Below are positions 17,124 through 25,050 of a stretch of DNA of 34,650 bases, piece after piece. The DNA is taken from positions 1 through 34,650 of the forward strand of contig CALVRP010000092.1 in NCBI GenBank assembly GCA_944358665.1, given 5' to 3'. The number at the start of each line of letters is the position of its first letter. Positions within the stretch are counted from its first letter, which is position 1. The notes beneath the pieces are model-generated. The model saw only the letters and a program-made list of their open reading frames with translations. It had not been told where the DNA came from and searched no databases. The position numbers and the translations under genes were made by a program. This stretch comes from an uncultured Bacilli bacterium. GTDB lineage: Bacteria > Bacillota_I > Bacilli_A > RF39 > UBA660.

Positions 17124-17763
17124 AAAAAAGATAATAATCATTATAATTATCGCGTTAATTATTTTAGGTATCATAATATATTTTGTAAATAAGAATTCTA
17201 ATGATCTTGCCATAAATAGTATAGTAAAACACGATGTAGCTGAAGATTTATATAAAGCAGTAGAACCAAATGAATGCGTTAATATAGATATAAATGAAAA
17301 GGTAAGTACACAAAAAATGAATGATGAAGTATTGCTTTATTTAATTTTCGGTCAAATGAACAAGGATAAATTGCTAACAGATAATATAAGTTTAAATGAC
17401 TTTAATAAGAGTGCAAAAAAAATATTAGGTGATGTAAAGATACCTAAACAAATTAAAAATTATGTATATGATGGTTATGTTTACAATTTAAATAATGATA
17501 AAATTACTAGGGAAAAGTATAATTGTGGTGATAAAAAATATGTGTCTAAATTATATGGGTACACAACTAATGAAAATCAGCTGATTTTAAATATTGCTGT
17601 CGCATATATTCAAAATGGTACTGTTTATAATTTAGATGATGAATTATTAGGTGAGTATGATGAAGAAAATTTAAATGAAATTTTAGATAAAGGTACGATG
17701 GAAGTATATACTTACACAAATACAAATGGTGATTATATTTTAGAAAGTATATCTTTAAAATAA
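17116..17763 (+). CDS. Membrane-anchored protein of unknown function embedded in the DGR operon
   Basis: GTG start overlapping the avd end by 8 nt. Its stop TAA (17761-63) overlaps the RT ATG (17763-65). It has an N-terminal TM (KKKIIIIIIIALIILGIIIYFV) and then a soluble domain of about 190 aa. No family was recognised. Confidence 0.55.
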   Translation: MSKKKIIIIIIIALIILGIIIYFVNKNSNDLAINSIVKHDVAEDLYKAVEPNECVNIDINEKVSTQKMNDEVLLYLIFGQMNKDKLLTDNISLNDFNKSAKKILGDVKIPKQIKNYVYDGYVYNLNNDKITREKYNCGDKKYVSKLYGYTTNENQLILNIAVAYIQNGTVYNLDDELLGEYDEENLNEILDKGTMEVYTYTNTNGDYILESISLK

Positions 17764-18875
17764 TGAGAGTAGAGTATAATGATATTTTATCCATAGATAA
17801 AATTATCGAAGTTTATAAAAATATTTGTTCAAATACTTGTCACAAGGCAAAGTTAGTTAAATTTGAATTAGCTTTTTCTTGTAATATAACAAAAATTCTA
17901 TGTTTGTTAAAAGAAAAAAAGTATAAACATAGTCATTACAGCACGTTTTTAATAAAAGAGCCAAAGTATCGGATAATTATGAGTGAATGTATATTTGATA
18001 AAATTGTCAATCATTTAATTAGTAAATACGTTCTTTTGCCATCTTTAATACCTAAGTTAATAAACATGAATGTCGCAACTAGAAAGTATAAAGGAAGTAA
18101 GGCTGGTATTAATTATTTGAAAAAATATATAAATAAATTAAAACAAAACTATGATAAAATTTATGTTTTAAAATGTGATATTAGTAAATACTTTTATAAT
18201 ATAAATCATGATATTCTAATAAAGAAATTACAAAAAGATATTCCTGATAAAGATTTGCAAAAAATAATTATTGAAATTATTAGTAGTACCAATTATGACT
18301 ATATAAATAAGCAAATAGATAGATTAATTGAAAAAGAAATTTTCCATTTGAAGGAAAAACAAATTTCTGATTTAGAAATAAAAATAAAAATAAAAGAACT
18401 GCATAGTTTACCGCGCTATAAAAAAGGAACTGGGTTACCTATAGGTAATGAAACAAGTCAAATTTTAGCTATATATTATTTAAATGAGCTTGATCATTAT
18501 ATAAAAGAAAAATTAAAAATAAAATATTATATAAGATATATGGATGATTTTATTTTACTGCATCGTGATAAAGAATATTTAAAATATTGTAAGGATAAAA
18601 TAAAAGAAAAAATAGAAGAGTTAGATTTAAAATTAAATAAAAAAACTCAAATATATGACTTAGATAAAGGTTTAAATTTTTTGGGTTATAAATTTAAATT
18701 AAAAGGTAAAAAATTAATTATTCTAATAAATAATCAAACCAAAAAAAGAGTAAAAAGAAAACTAAAAAAAATGAAAAAGAAAAATGTTAATAATTATAAG
18801 CAAGTAAAAGCAAGTTATAATGGTTATTTTAAAATAGCCAATACTAAAAACTTTTTATATAAAGCAAGATTTTAA
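17763..18875 (+). CDS. DGR-type reverse transcriptase
   Basis: RT motifs are present: KYRIIMSECIFDKIVNHLI (motifs 1-2), LKCDISKYFYNINH (motif 3), LPIGNETSQILAIYYLNELD (18441-18461; the [ILV]GxxxSQ signature of DGR RTs) and YMDD (18537-18548). No maturase/endonuclease or retron-like context. Confidence 0.88.
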   Translation: MRVEYNDILSIDKIIEVYKNICSNTCHKAKLVKFELAFSCNITKILCLLKEKKYKHSHYSTFLIKEPKYRIIMSECIFDKIVNHLISKYVLLPSLIPKLINMNVATRKYKGSKAGINYLKKYINKLKQNYDKIYVLKCDISKYFYNINHDILIKKLQKDIPDKDLQKIIIEIISSTNYDYINKQIDRLIEKEIFHLKEKQISDLEIKIKIKELHSLPRYKKGTGLPIGNETSQILAIYYLNELDHYIKEKLKIKYYIRYMDDFILLHRDKEYLKYCKDKIKEKIEELDLKLNKKTQIYDLDKGLNFLGYKFKLKGKKLIILINNQTKKRVKRKLKKMKKKNVNNYKQVKASYNGYFKIANTKNFLYKARF

Positions 18876-18879
18876 AAAA

Positions 18880-18924
18880 CACGGCCTATCTAATTTCCCG
18901 TCTCATTGGTAGGCCGTGCTTTTT
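18880..18924. terminator. Bidirectional terminator between the RT and the convergent radical SAM gene
   Basis: cacggccta (18880-18888) / taggccgtg (18910-18918) with a large loop, A-run upstream and T-run downstream. Confidence 0.55.
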
Positions 18925-19858
18925 AATGAATTTTTATTCCTTGATAAGAATTCCTTCTTACCATTTCTTTGTCAATATCATTTAAAACAATAGTTTTTTT
19001 TGGAAGCCATAAAGGCGCAATTAAATCAGTTTTATCAGGATCGCCAGTAAGTCTTTGAATAACAATTTTTGGATTTAAATATTCTAATTGATCGCAAACA
19101 ATGTCTACATATTCTTTTTCTGAAAGTAAAGGAAAAGGATTTTTTTCATACATTTTGGCTAGGGCCGTATTTTTAAGGACACTTAGCATATGAATTTTAA
19201 TACCATCAATATTTAATTTATTTAAATATTTGACCGTTTCTATCATCATCTCTTTAGTTTCATAAGGTAAGCCATTAATAATATGAATGACAGTAAAAAT
19301 ATTTCTTTCTTTTAATTTTTTAACCATTGTTTCAAAATTTTCTAAAGTATGACATCTGTTAATTAATTTAGTTGTTTTTTCATGAATTGTCTGCAAACCA
19401 AGTTCAATAGTGACAAAAGTTTTTTTATTTAGTTTTTCTAAATAATCTAAACATTTATCACTAATCGTATCACTTCTGGTTGCAATCGCAATTCCAACCA
19501 CATTATCAATTTTTAACACTTCTTCGTATTTTTCTTCTAAAATATTTAATGGAGCATAAGTATTAGTATGAGCTTGAAAGTAGGCAATATATTTACTATT
19601 TGGCCATTTTTTATCCATCATTTCTTTTTGTTTATAAAATTGAATAGTCAAACTGTCTAAAGGATTGCCACCATATTCACCGCTGCCACTTTTTGAGCAG
19701 TATATACAGCCACGAGTTCCAACCGTGCCATCAATGTTAGGACAACTAAAACCTGCGTTTAGACTTATTTTGCTCACTTTAGAGCCAAATTTATTTTTAT
19801 AAAAATAGTCTAAAGTGTGATATCTTTTATTAGTATTAGAGTAAATAAACTTATTCAT
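18923..19858 (-). CDS. Radical SAM protein, TIGR01212 (YhcC-like) family
   Basis: KISLNAGFSCPNIDGTVGTRGCIYCS… is the characteristic CPNxDG…GCxYC cluster region of the TIGR01212 family. ATG 19858 is preferred over TTG 19861 on RBS spacing. Confidence 0.8.
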   Translation of the reverse strand: MNKFIYSNTNKRYHTLDYFYKNKFGSKVSKISLNAGFSCPNIDGTVGTRGCIYCSKSGSGEYGGNPLDSLTIQFYKQKEMMDKKWPNSKYIAYFQAHTNTYAPLNILEEKYEEVLKIDNVVGIAIATRSDTISDKCLDYLEKLNKKTFVTIELGLQTIHEKTTKLINRCHTLENFETMVKKLKERNIFTVIHIINGLPYETKEMMIETVKYLNKLNIDGIKIHMLSVLKNTALAKMYEKNPFPLLSEKEYVDIVCDQLEYLNPKIVIQRLTGDPDKTDLIAPLWLPKKTIVLNDIDKEMVRRNSYQGIKIH

Positions 19859-20007
19859 CAAATCACCTAATTAGAATTATACTACAAATTATTTTTATTT
19901 AAAAATTTATAAATTTTGTGAAAACATTATGAAAAATATTGATTTTATTAAAAAAAACTTTATATTATAAGGAATTTTTGATATAATGACACTGGGAGGT
20001 AGAAAAA

Positions 20008-21582
20008 GTGAAAAGGAATTTATTAAAAGCTATTGGAATTTCATTCTTAATTTTTGTTATATTAAGTTGGATTATTCCGGTTGGTACTTACTCTGATGGA
20101 GAACTAACCACTAATGGCATTGACGCAGTTGGTATTTTCGATTTATTTAGTATTCCAATTTCAACATTATTAGTTTTCGCTTTATATATTATTGTATTTG
20201 CAGTAATTGGTGGACTATATGGTGTTATGGAAAAAACAGGAGCACTAGATAAATTAGTAGAAAAATTATCTGGTAAATTTACAGGTAAAGAAAAAGCTTT
20301 CTTAATCATTACTGTTATTTTCTACATAGTAGCATCATCAGTAACAGGATTAATTATACCTTTATTTGTACTTGTACCACTATCTGCAATGGTTTTATTT
20401 AAGTTTGGATATGATAAAATCACAGCGCTTGCTTCTACTGTTGGCGCAATGTTACTAGGTTCTGCAGCTTCAACTCTTGGTTTTAATATCTCAGGTTATA
20501 CTAAAAACTTATTAGCTTTAGATATGACAAACCAAATGGTGGCTAAAATTGTATTATTAGTAATTATAACTATTGCTTTAATTATCTTTGTTTTAAAATT
20601 TAGTAAGAGAACCGATAAAAAAGTTGCTCCTGCTAAAGCTGAAACAAAAGCTAAAAAAGTAGAAAAAGAAGAACCTAAAAAAGCTAGTACAAAAACTACT
20701 ACTAAAAAAGCGACTACTAAGAAAGGCACTACTAAAAAGACTTCAGCTGCGAAAGCTACTACAACTAAGAAAGGATCAAAAAAATCAACAAAGGCTATGG
20801 CCGTGGCTAAATCAGTTAAGAAAGTTGATGCTAAAAAAGGTGTTAGTGTAGTTCCACTTGTTGTTATTTTAGCGTTATTATTAATTGCTGGAATGATTGG
20901 CATGTATAACTGGTATTATGCTTTTGAAATCAATGTATTTAACGACATTTATGATAGTGTTATGGGCGTTAAAATTGGCGATTTTGCAATTTTCGAACAT
21001 TTATTTAGCGGTATTTCACAAATGGGATACTGGGGTAATACTGAATTCTCAGTATTAATGATAATTGCTGCTATCTTATTAGCATGGATTTATCGTTTAA
21101 AATTAAATGAATTTGTAGAAGCATTTATCGCTGGTGTTAAGAAAATGATGCCAACAGCTATTTATGCTGGACTTGCAAGCGTAATCCTTTATGTTCTTTA
21201 CCAAGCATCTTACAATGGTACAGGAACTTTAGTTGATACAATGTTTGCTAAAACATTTGGTTTAACTGATGATTTTAATGTTGTGACAACTGCTATTACT
21301 GCATTATATGGAAGCTTCTTCTATAATGACTTATACTACTTATTAGTTGGTATGTCATCTTATGTAACAAGTTTCGATGCATCTGCACTTTCAGTTGCCG
21401 GCTTATTAATTCAATCAGTGTATGCCGTTGGTATGTTAATATTCCCAACTAGTGTAATTTTAATTGCTGGTTTAAGTTTCTTTGATGTATCATTTAAACA
21501 ATGGTTTAAATATATCTGGAAATTTGCCTTGTTAATATTCCTAATTATCATATTAGTTTGTTGTATATTAACATTACTATAA
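20008..21582 (+). CDS. YfcC-family (DcuC-like) membrane transporter with an internal Lys/Thr/Ala-rich low-complexity insert
   Basis: GTG start after GGAGG. The N-terminus …FLIFVILSWIIPVGTYSDGE… is typical of YfcC proteins, and the protein is polytopic. The insert of about 75 aa (KKVAPAKAETKAKK…TTKKATTKKGTTKK…) is encoded at about 20605-20840. Confidence 0.6.
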   Translation: MKRNLLKAIGISFLIFVILSWIIPVGTYSDGELTTNGIDAVGIFDLFSIPISTLLVFALYIIVFAVIGGLYGVMEKTGALDKLVEKLSGKFTGKEKAFLIITVIFYIVASSVTGLIIPLFVLVPLSAMVLFKFGYDKITALASTVGAMLLGSAASTLGFNISGYTKNLLALDMTNQMVAKIVLLVIITIALIIFVLKFSKRTDKKVAPAKAETKAKKVEKEEPKKASTKTTTKKATTKKGTTKKTSAAKATTTKKGSKKSTKAMAVAKSVKKVDAKKGVSVVPLVVILALLLIAGMIGMYNWYYAFEINVFNDIYDSVMGVKIGDFAIFEHLFSGISQMGYWGNTEFSVLMIIAAILLAWIYRLKLNEFVEAFIAGVKKMMPTAIYAGLASVILYVLYQASYNGTGTLVDTMFAKTFGLTDDFNVVTTAITALYGSFFYNDLYYLLVGMSSYVTSFDASALSVAGLLIQSVYAVGMLIFPTSVILIAGLSFFDVSFKQWFKYIWKFALLIFLIIILVCCILTLL

Positions 21583-21608
21583 GAAGGTGTTTAACACTTT
21601 CTTTTTTT
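21581..21608 (+). terminator. Rho-independent terminator
   Basis: aagaaggtgt / acactttctt stem (one G-U pair) followed by a T-run. Confidence 0.65.
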
Positions 21609-21635
21609 GTGGTAAAATGTTATGGGTGATAATAT

Positions 21636-22283
21636 ATGTCGTATGATTTTGAATATAAAATAAATGGTGTTAAATATCCCGTAATTGTTGAAAAGAAAAA
21701 TAATAAGAATACGTATATCAAAATAAAAGAAGACATGACTATATATGTAACAACAAACTTTTTAACATCAAAATGGCAAATAAAAAATATGCTTGATAGT
21801 GAAAAAAGTTATTTAGAAAAAGCCTTAGAAAACGTTAAAAGAAAATATGAAAGAGAAAAAGACTTCTACTATTTAGGTGAAAAATATGATATAATAATAG
21901 TTGGTTTTGATAAGGTAGAAATAGATGATTATAAAATATATACGCCAAGTAATGATGCTTTAGAAAAATGGGTGAAAAAACAAATGTTAACAGTATTTAA
22001 AGAAAGATTAGAATACAATTATAATTTGTTTGATGAAGATATTCCTTTTCCAAAATTAAAAACAAGAAAAATGAAAACTCGCTGGGGTGTTTGTAATAAG
22101 AGAGATGATTCTGTCACTTTAAATTCTAAATTAATTAGGTATGATATAAATGAAATAGATTATGTTATTATCCATGAACTTAGTCATTTTGTTCATTTTG
22201 ATCACTCTAGAGAATTTTGGAATACTGTGGAAAAGTATATGCCAAATTATAAAAGATCAATAAAAGTATTAAAGGAGCAGTGA
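21636..22283 (+). CDS. DUF45/YgjP-like (M48-family) zinc metallopeptidase
   Basis: The C-terminal motif IIHELSHFVHFDHSREFW (HExxH…H) and the length of about 215 aa are typical of YgjP/DUF45. Confidence 0.75.
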   Translation: MSYDFEYKINGVKYPVIVEKKNNKNTYIKIKEDMTIYVTTNFLTSKWQIKNMLDSEKSYLEKALENVKRKYEREKDFYYLGEKYDIIIVGFDKVEIDDYKIYTPSNDALEKWVKKQMLTVFKERLEYNYNLFDEDIPFPKLKTRKMKTRWGVCNKRDDSVTLNSKLIRYDINEIDYVIIHELSHFVHFDHSREFWNTVEKYMPNYKRSIKVLKEQ

Positions 22284-22287
22284 TAAG

Positions 22288-23445
22288 ATGAAGATACTTT
22301 ATAAATTTTTCTTATGTTTAACTTTTATCTTTATATGTTTACCATTGTCGGTAAACGCTGAAACGTTAAATGAGATGCTTGCGAAAGCCCAGGCAAATCG
22401 TGATGCTTATGCTAAGGCTCAAAAAGAGAAAGAAATGACAGAAGCTGAACGTGATGAGGCGGTTAAAGAAAGAGATGAAGTACAGAAAGAAATTTCTAAT
22501 ATTAATAAAGAAGTTGAACAGATAGAAAAAGATATTGAGGAAACTCAAAAAAGTATTGAAAAAAAAGATGAAGAAATAAAAGAAATTATGCGCTTTGTTC
22601 AAATATCTGAAGGCTCTTCTACTTATCTTGAATATATTTTTGGCGCAAGTAGTTTTACGGATTTTATTTATAGGGTATCGGTAGCTGAGCAACTTGCTGA
22701 TTATAATGATGAGTTAATTACAGAATATAATAAGGAAGTTAAAAAGCTTGATCAACAGCAGGAAGAGCTTAGTAACAAAAGAACAGAGCTTACTCAAAAA
22801 GAACAAGAGTTAAATGTTTTAGAAGCTAGATTAAATAATGAAATCGAAGAGCTTCAAGATGGTATGCTTAGTAAAGATGAAGAATATAAAACTCAAATAA
22901 CTTTAATAAATAACATGCGGAAAATGGGCTGTGGTGGTAATGAAGAATATAGTGCCTGTCAGGCAAGATTATCGTCAACTGCTCCCAATGCTTATGGAAC
23001 TTATATGCCTTTAGCTAGAGGAACATTGACTAGTGATTATGGTCAGCGTACAGGTGAATTTCATACGGGTATTGATTTTGCTACTGGTGTTTGGGGGACC
23101 CCAGTTTATCCAGTTGCTGATGGAAGAGTGGTAGCTATAACTAGAAATCCAAGTTGTGGAAATAATATTATATATATATTACACAGTATTAATGGAGTGG
23201 CTTATACAACTTCATATTGGCATCTAATCAGCGTCTCTGTTAGCGTTGGACAAACAGTTACTTACAATACACAAATAGGAACAATAGCCGGTACTGGTTA
23301 TACTGAGTCTGGCGGTTGTGCTTATGGTGGTCATGTTCACTTAAATTTATTTAGAGGATTAACTACTAGTAATAGTGGACGTATAAATCCAAGGATAATA
23401 ATTCCACAAGCTCCATCTGCGGGTTCTTATTTTAGCCACAGATAA
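22288..23445 (+). CDS. Secreted coiled-coil + M23 (LytM-type) peptidoglycan endopeptidase
   Basis: Signal peptide (…LPLSVNA), a long E/K-rich coiled coil, then M23 motifs HTGIDFA (HxxxD), YWHL and GGHVHLNLF (HxH). Confidence 0.8.
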   Translation: MKILYKFFLCLTFIFICLPLSVNAETLNEMLAKAQANRDAYAKAQKEKEMTEAERDEAVKERDEVQKEISNINKEVEQIEKDIEETQKSIEKKDEEIKEIMRFVQISEGSSTYLEYIFGASSFTDFIYRVSVAEQLADYNDELITEYNKEVKKLDQQQEELSNKRTELTQKEQELNVLEARLNNEIEELQDGMLSKDEEYKTQITLINNMRKMGCGGNEEYSACQARLSSTAPNAYGTYMPLARGTLTSDYGQRTGEFHTGIDFATGVWGTPVYPVADGRVVAITRNPSCGNNIIYILHSINGVAYTTSYWHLISVSVSVGQTVTYNTQIGTIAGTGYTESGGCAYGGHVHLNLFRGLTTSNSGRINPRIIIPQAPSAGSYFSHR

Positions 23446-23451
23446 TACTTG

Positions 23452-23478
23452 ACTTTAGTTGACACTAAAGTTTTTTTA
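23452..23478 (+). terminator. Rho-independent terminator
   Basis: actttagt (23452-59) / actaaagt (23464-71) followed by a T-run. Confidence 0.7.
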
Positions 23479-23549
23479 TTGATTGTTAAAAATTTTTCTT
23501 TCTTTGTGAAATGTGTTATAATTCTATTAATAGGAAAGTGGGTGGTTAG

Positions 23550-24788
23550 ATGGTAAATAAAGTTAGAAATTTAGTATTAACATTTGTTTTTGGATTTATA
23601 TGTTTTCCGGCATTCGCAAATGCCGAAACATTAGATGAGTATATTGCTCAAGCGGAAGCTAAATTAAATCAAGAAAGAGCTGCTACTGAGAAAAAACAAA
23701 TGACTGAAGAAGAAAAAGAAGAAGCTTTAGCTGAAAAAGAAACAGTCACTAATGAAATTGATAGTATAGAAAACGAAATAACAACTTTAGAAAATGATAT
23801 TAAAGAGCTTGAGGATTCAATTGCAAAAAAAGATGACGAAATAAAACAACTTATGTCTTTTGTTCAAATAACAAATGGGGACTCTAGTTATTTAGAATAT
23901 ATTTTTGGCGCCCAAGATTTTACTGATTTTATTTATCGTATTTCCGTCGCTGAACAACTTTCTGATTATAATGATAATTTAATGGAAGAATATAATAATG
24001 CGGTAAAAGAGCAGGAAGCTAAACAGAAAGAACTTGATCAAAAACAAGAAGATTTATCGGCTAAAAATAAAGAATTGCAAGAACTAGTAAACAAACTTTC
24101 AGCTGAAATAGATGAACTTAATGATAATGTTCAAACATATCAAGCTGAATATGATAACCTTATGAATTATGTTAACGCTTTAAAAGAAATGGGTTGCCGA
24201 GGAAATGAAGATATGGATACTTGTGAAGCAAGAATTAATCCGCCTCAAGTAACAACTGGAGGTGGTTCTAGTAGTGGCTCTTCTGGTGGTAGCTCCGGTG
24301 GGTCTTCCGGTGGTAGTGTAACGGGTGGTGGAAGTAGTGGCTTTTATATTCCACTTACAAAAGGTAAAGTAACCCAAAACTATTATGGTAATAGTCATAA
24401 TGCTATTGATATAACTAATTATGAAGGTGCTCCTGTATATGCAATAACAACAGGAACCGTAATAACAATTTCAAGAAATCAATCATGTGGTAAAAATATT
24501 GTCTATATTCTTCATAATGTTAATGGTCAAAACTATACAACCGTTTACTACCATTTAAAAACAGTAACCGTATCAGTAGGCCAGACCGTTTACTACACAA
24601 CACAAATTGGTACACAAGGTGGTAATCCAAGTTATGATAGTTGTTCAACGGGCTCACATTTAGACTTTAAATTATTTAAGGGTCGTTATTTAAAGGATTT
24701 CTTTACCTTAAGCCGAGGACCACATATGGATCCAAGAACATGGCTTACACAATTACCTGGTGAAGGCAGTAAATTCTATAGTCGCTAA
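23550..24788 (+). CDS. Secreted coiled-coil + M23-like domain protein (paralog of 22288..23445; HxH replaced by HxD)
   Basis: Same architecture plus a G/S linker (GGGSSSGSSGGSSGGSSGGSVTGGGSSG). Motifs are HNAIDIT (HxxxD), YYHL and GSHLDFKLF. Confidence 0.75.
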   Translation: MVNKVRNLVLTFVFGFICFPAFANAETLDEYIAQAEAKLNQERAATEKKQMTEEEKEEALAEKETVTNEIDSIENEITTLENDIKELEDSIAKKDDEIKQLMSFVQITNGDSSYLEYIFGAQDFTDFIYRISVAEQLSDYNDNLMEEYNNAVKEQEAKQKELDQKQEDLSAKNKELQELVNKLSAEIDELNDNVQTYQAEYDNLMNYVNALKEMGCRGNEDMDTCEARINPPQVTTGGGSSSGSSGGSSGGSSGGSVTGGGSSGFYIPLTKGKVTQNYYGNSHNAIDITNYEGAPVYAITTGTVITISRNQSCGKNIVYILHNVNGQNYTTVYYHLKTVTVSVGQTVYYTTQIGTQGGNPSYDSCSTGSHLDFKLFKGRYLKDFFTLSRGPHMDPRTWLTQLPGEGSKFYSR

Positions 24789-24793
24789 TCATA

Positions 24794-24822
24794 AAGGAGT
24801 ATAAGTCTATATTCCTTTTTTT
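24794..24822 (+). terminator. Rho-independent terminator
   Basis: aaggagtata / tatattcctt (one G-U pair), loop agtc, followed by a T-run. Confidence 0.65.
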
Positions 24823-24868
24823 GACTTTTTCCACGATATTCTTTGTATAAAATAAAATTGGTGATATA

Positions 24869-25039
24869 ATGAAAGTAAAAGTTTTTGATGAAGGACATGA
24901 AAAAGATTTAGAAAATGCAATTAACAGTTTTATTACTGAAGCAAATCCAGAAATCATAGATATTCATTATGCGGTTAGTGTTAGTGTGTTTTCAGAAGAA
25001 CAAATATATTGTTTTTCAGCGTTAATCGTTTATAGGTAG
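24869..25039 (+). CDS. Small Cse60-like protein (56 aa), absent from the ORF track
   Basis: ATG follows GGTGA. MKVKVFDEGHEKDLENAINSFITEANPEIIDIHYAVSVSVFSEEQIYCFSALIVYR* matches the pattern I recall for the sporulation protein Cse60 family (KxFDxxHEKDLE…IYCFSAxIxY). Confidence 0.6.
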   Translation: MKVKVFDEGHEKDLENAINSFITEANPEIIDIHYAVSVSVFSEEQIYCFSALIVYR

Positions 25040-25050
25040 GGTGATTTAAA

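Larger units (their letters stand above)
13022..18875 (+). other. Diversity-generating retroelement cassette (target/VR - TR - MutS-like - avd - membrane ORF - RT)
   Basis: See the component features: a VR/TR pair with adenine-only differences, plus a DGR-type RT and an Avd-like gene on the same strand. Confidence 0.9.

Noticed and set aside
17763-18875. The RT as a group II intron, retron or Abi-type reverse transcriptase
   Set aside because: There is no intron RNA domains/maturase-endonuclease tail, no msr/msd-like repeats, and no adjacent effector. The adenine-specific TR/VR pair, the Avd-like gene and the GxxxSQ motif point to a DGR instead.
24258-24341. Short repetitive ggt/agt/tct DNA that looked like a tandem repeat
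   Set aside because: It encodes the Gly/Ser linker (GGGSSSGSSGGSSGGSSGGSVTGGGSSG) of the second M23 protein. It is in frame and is not a CRISPR or satellite element.
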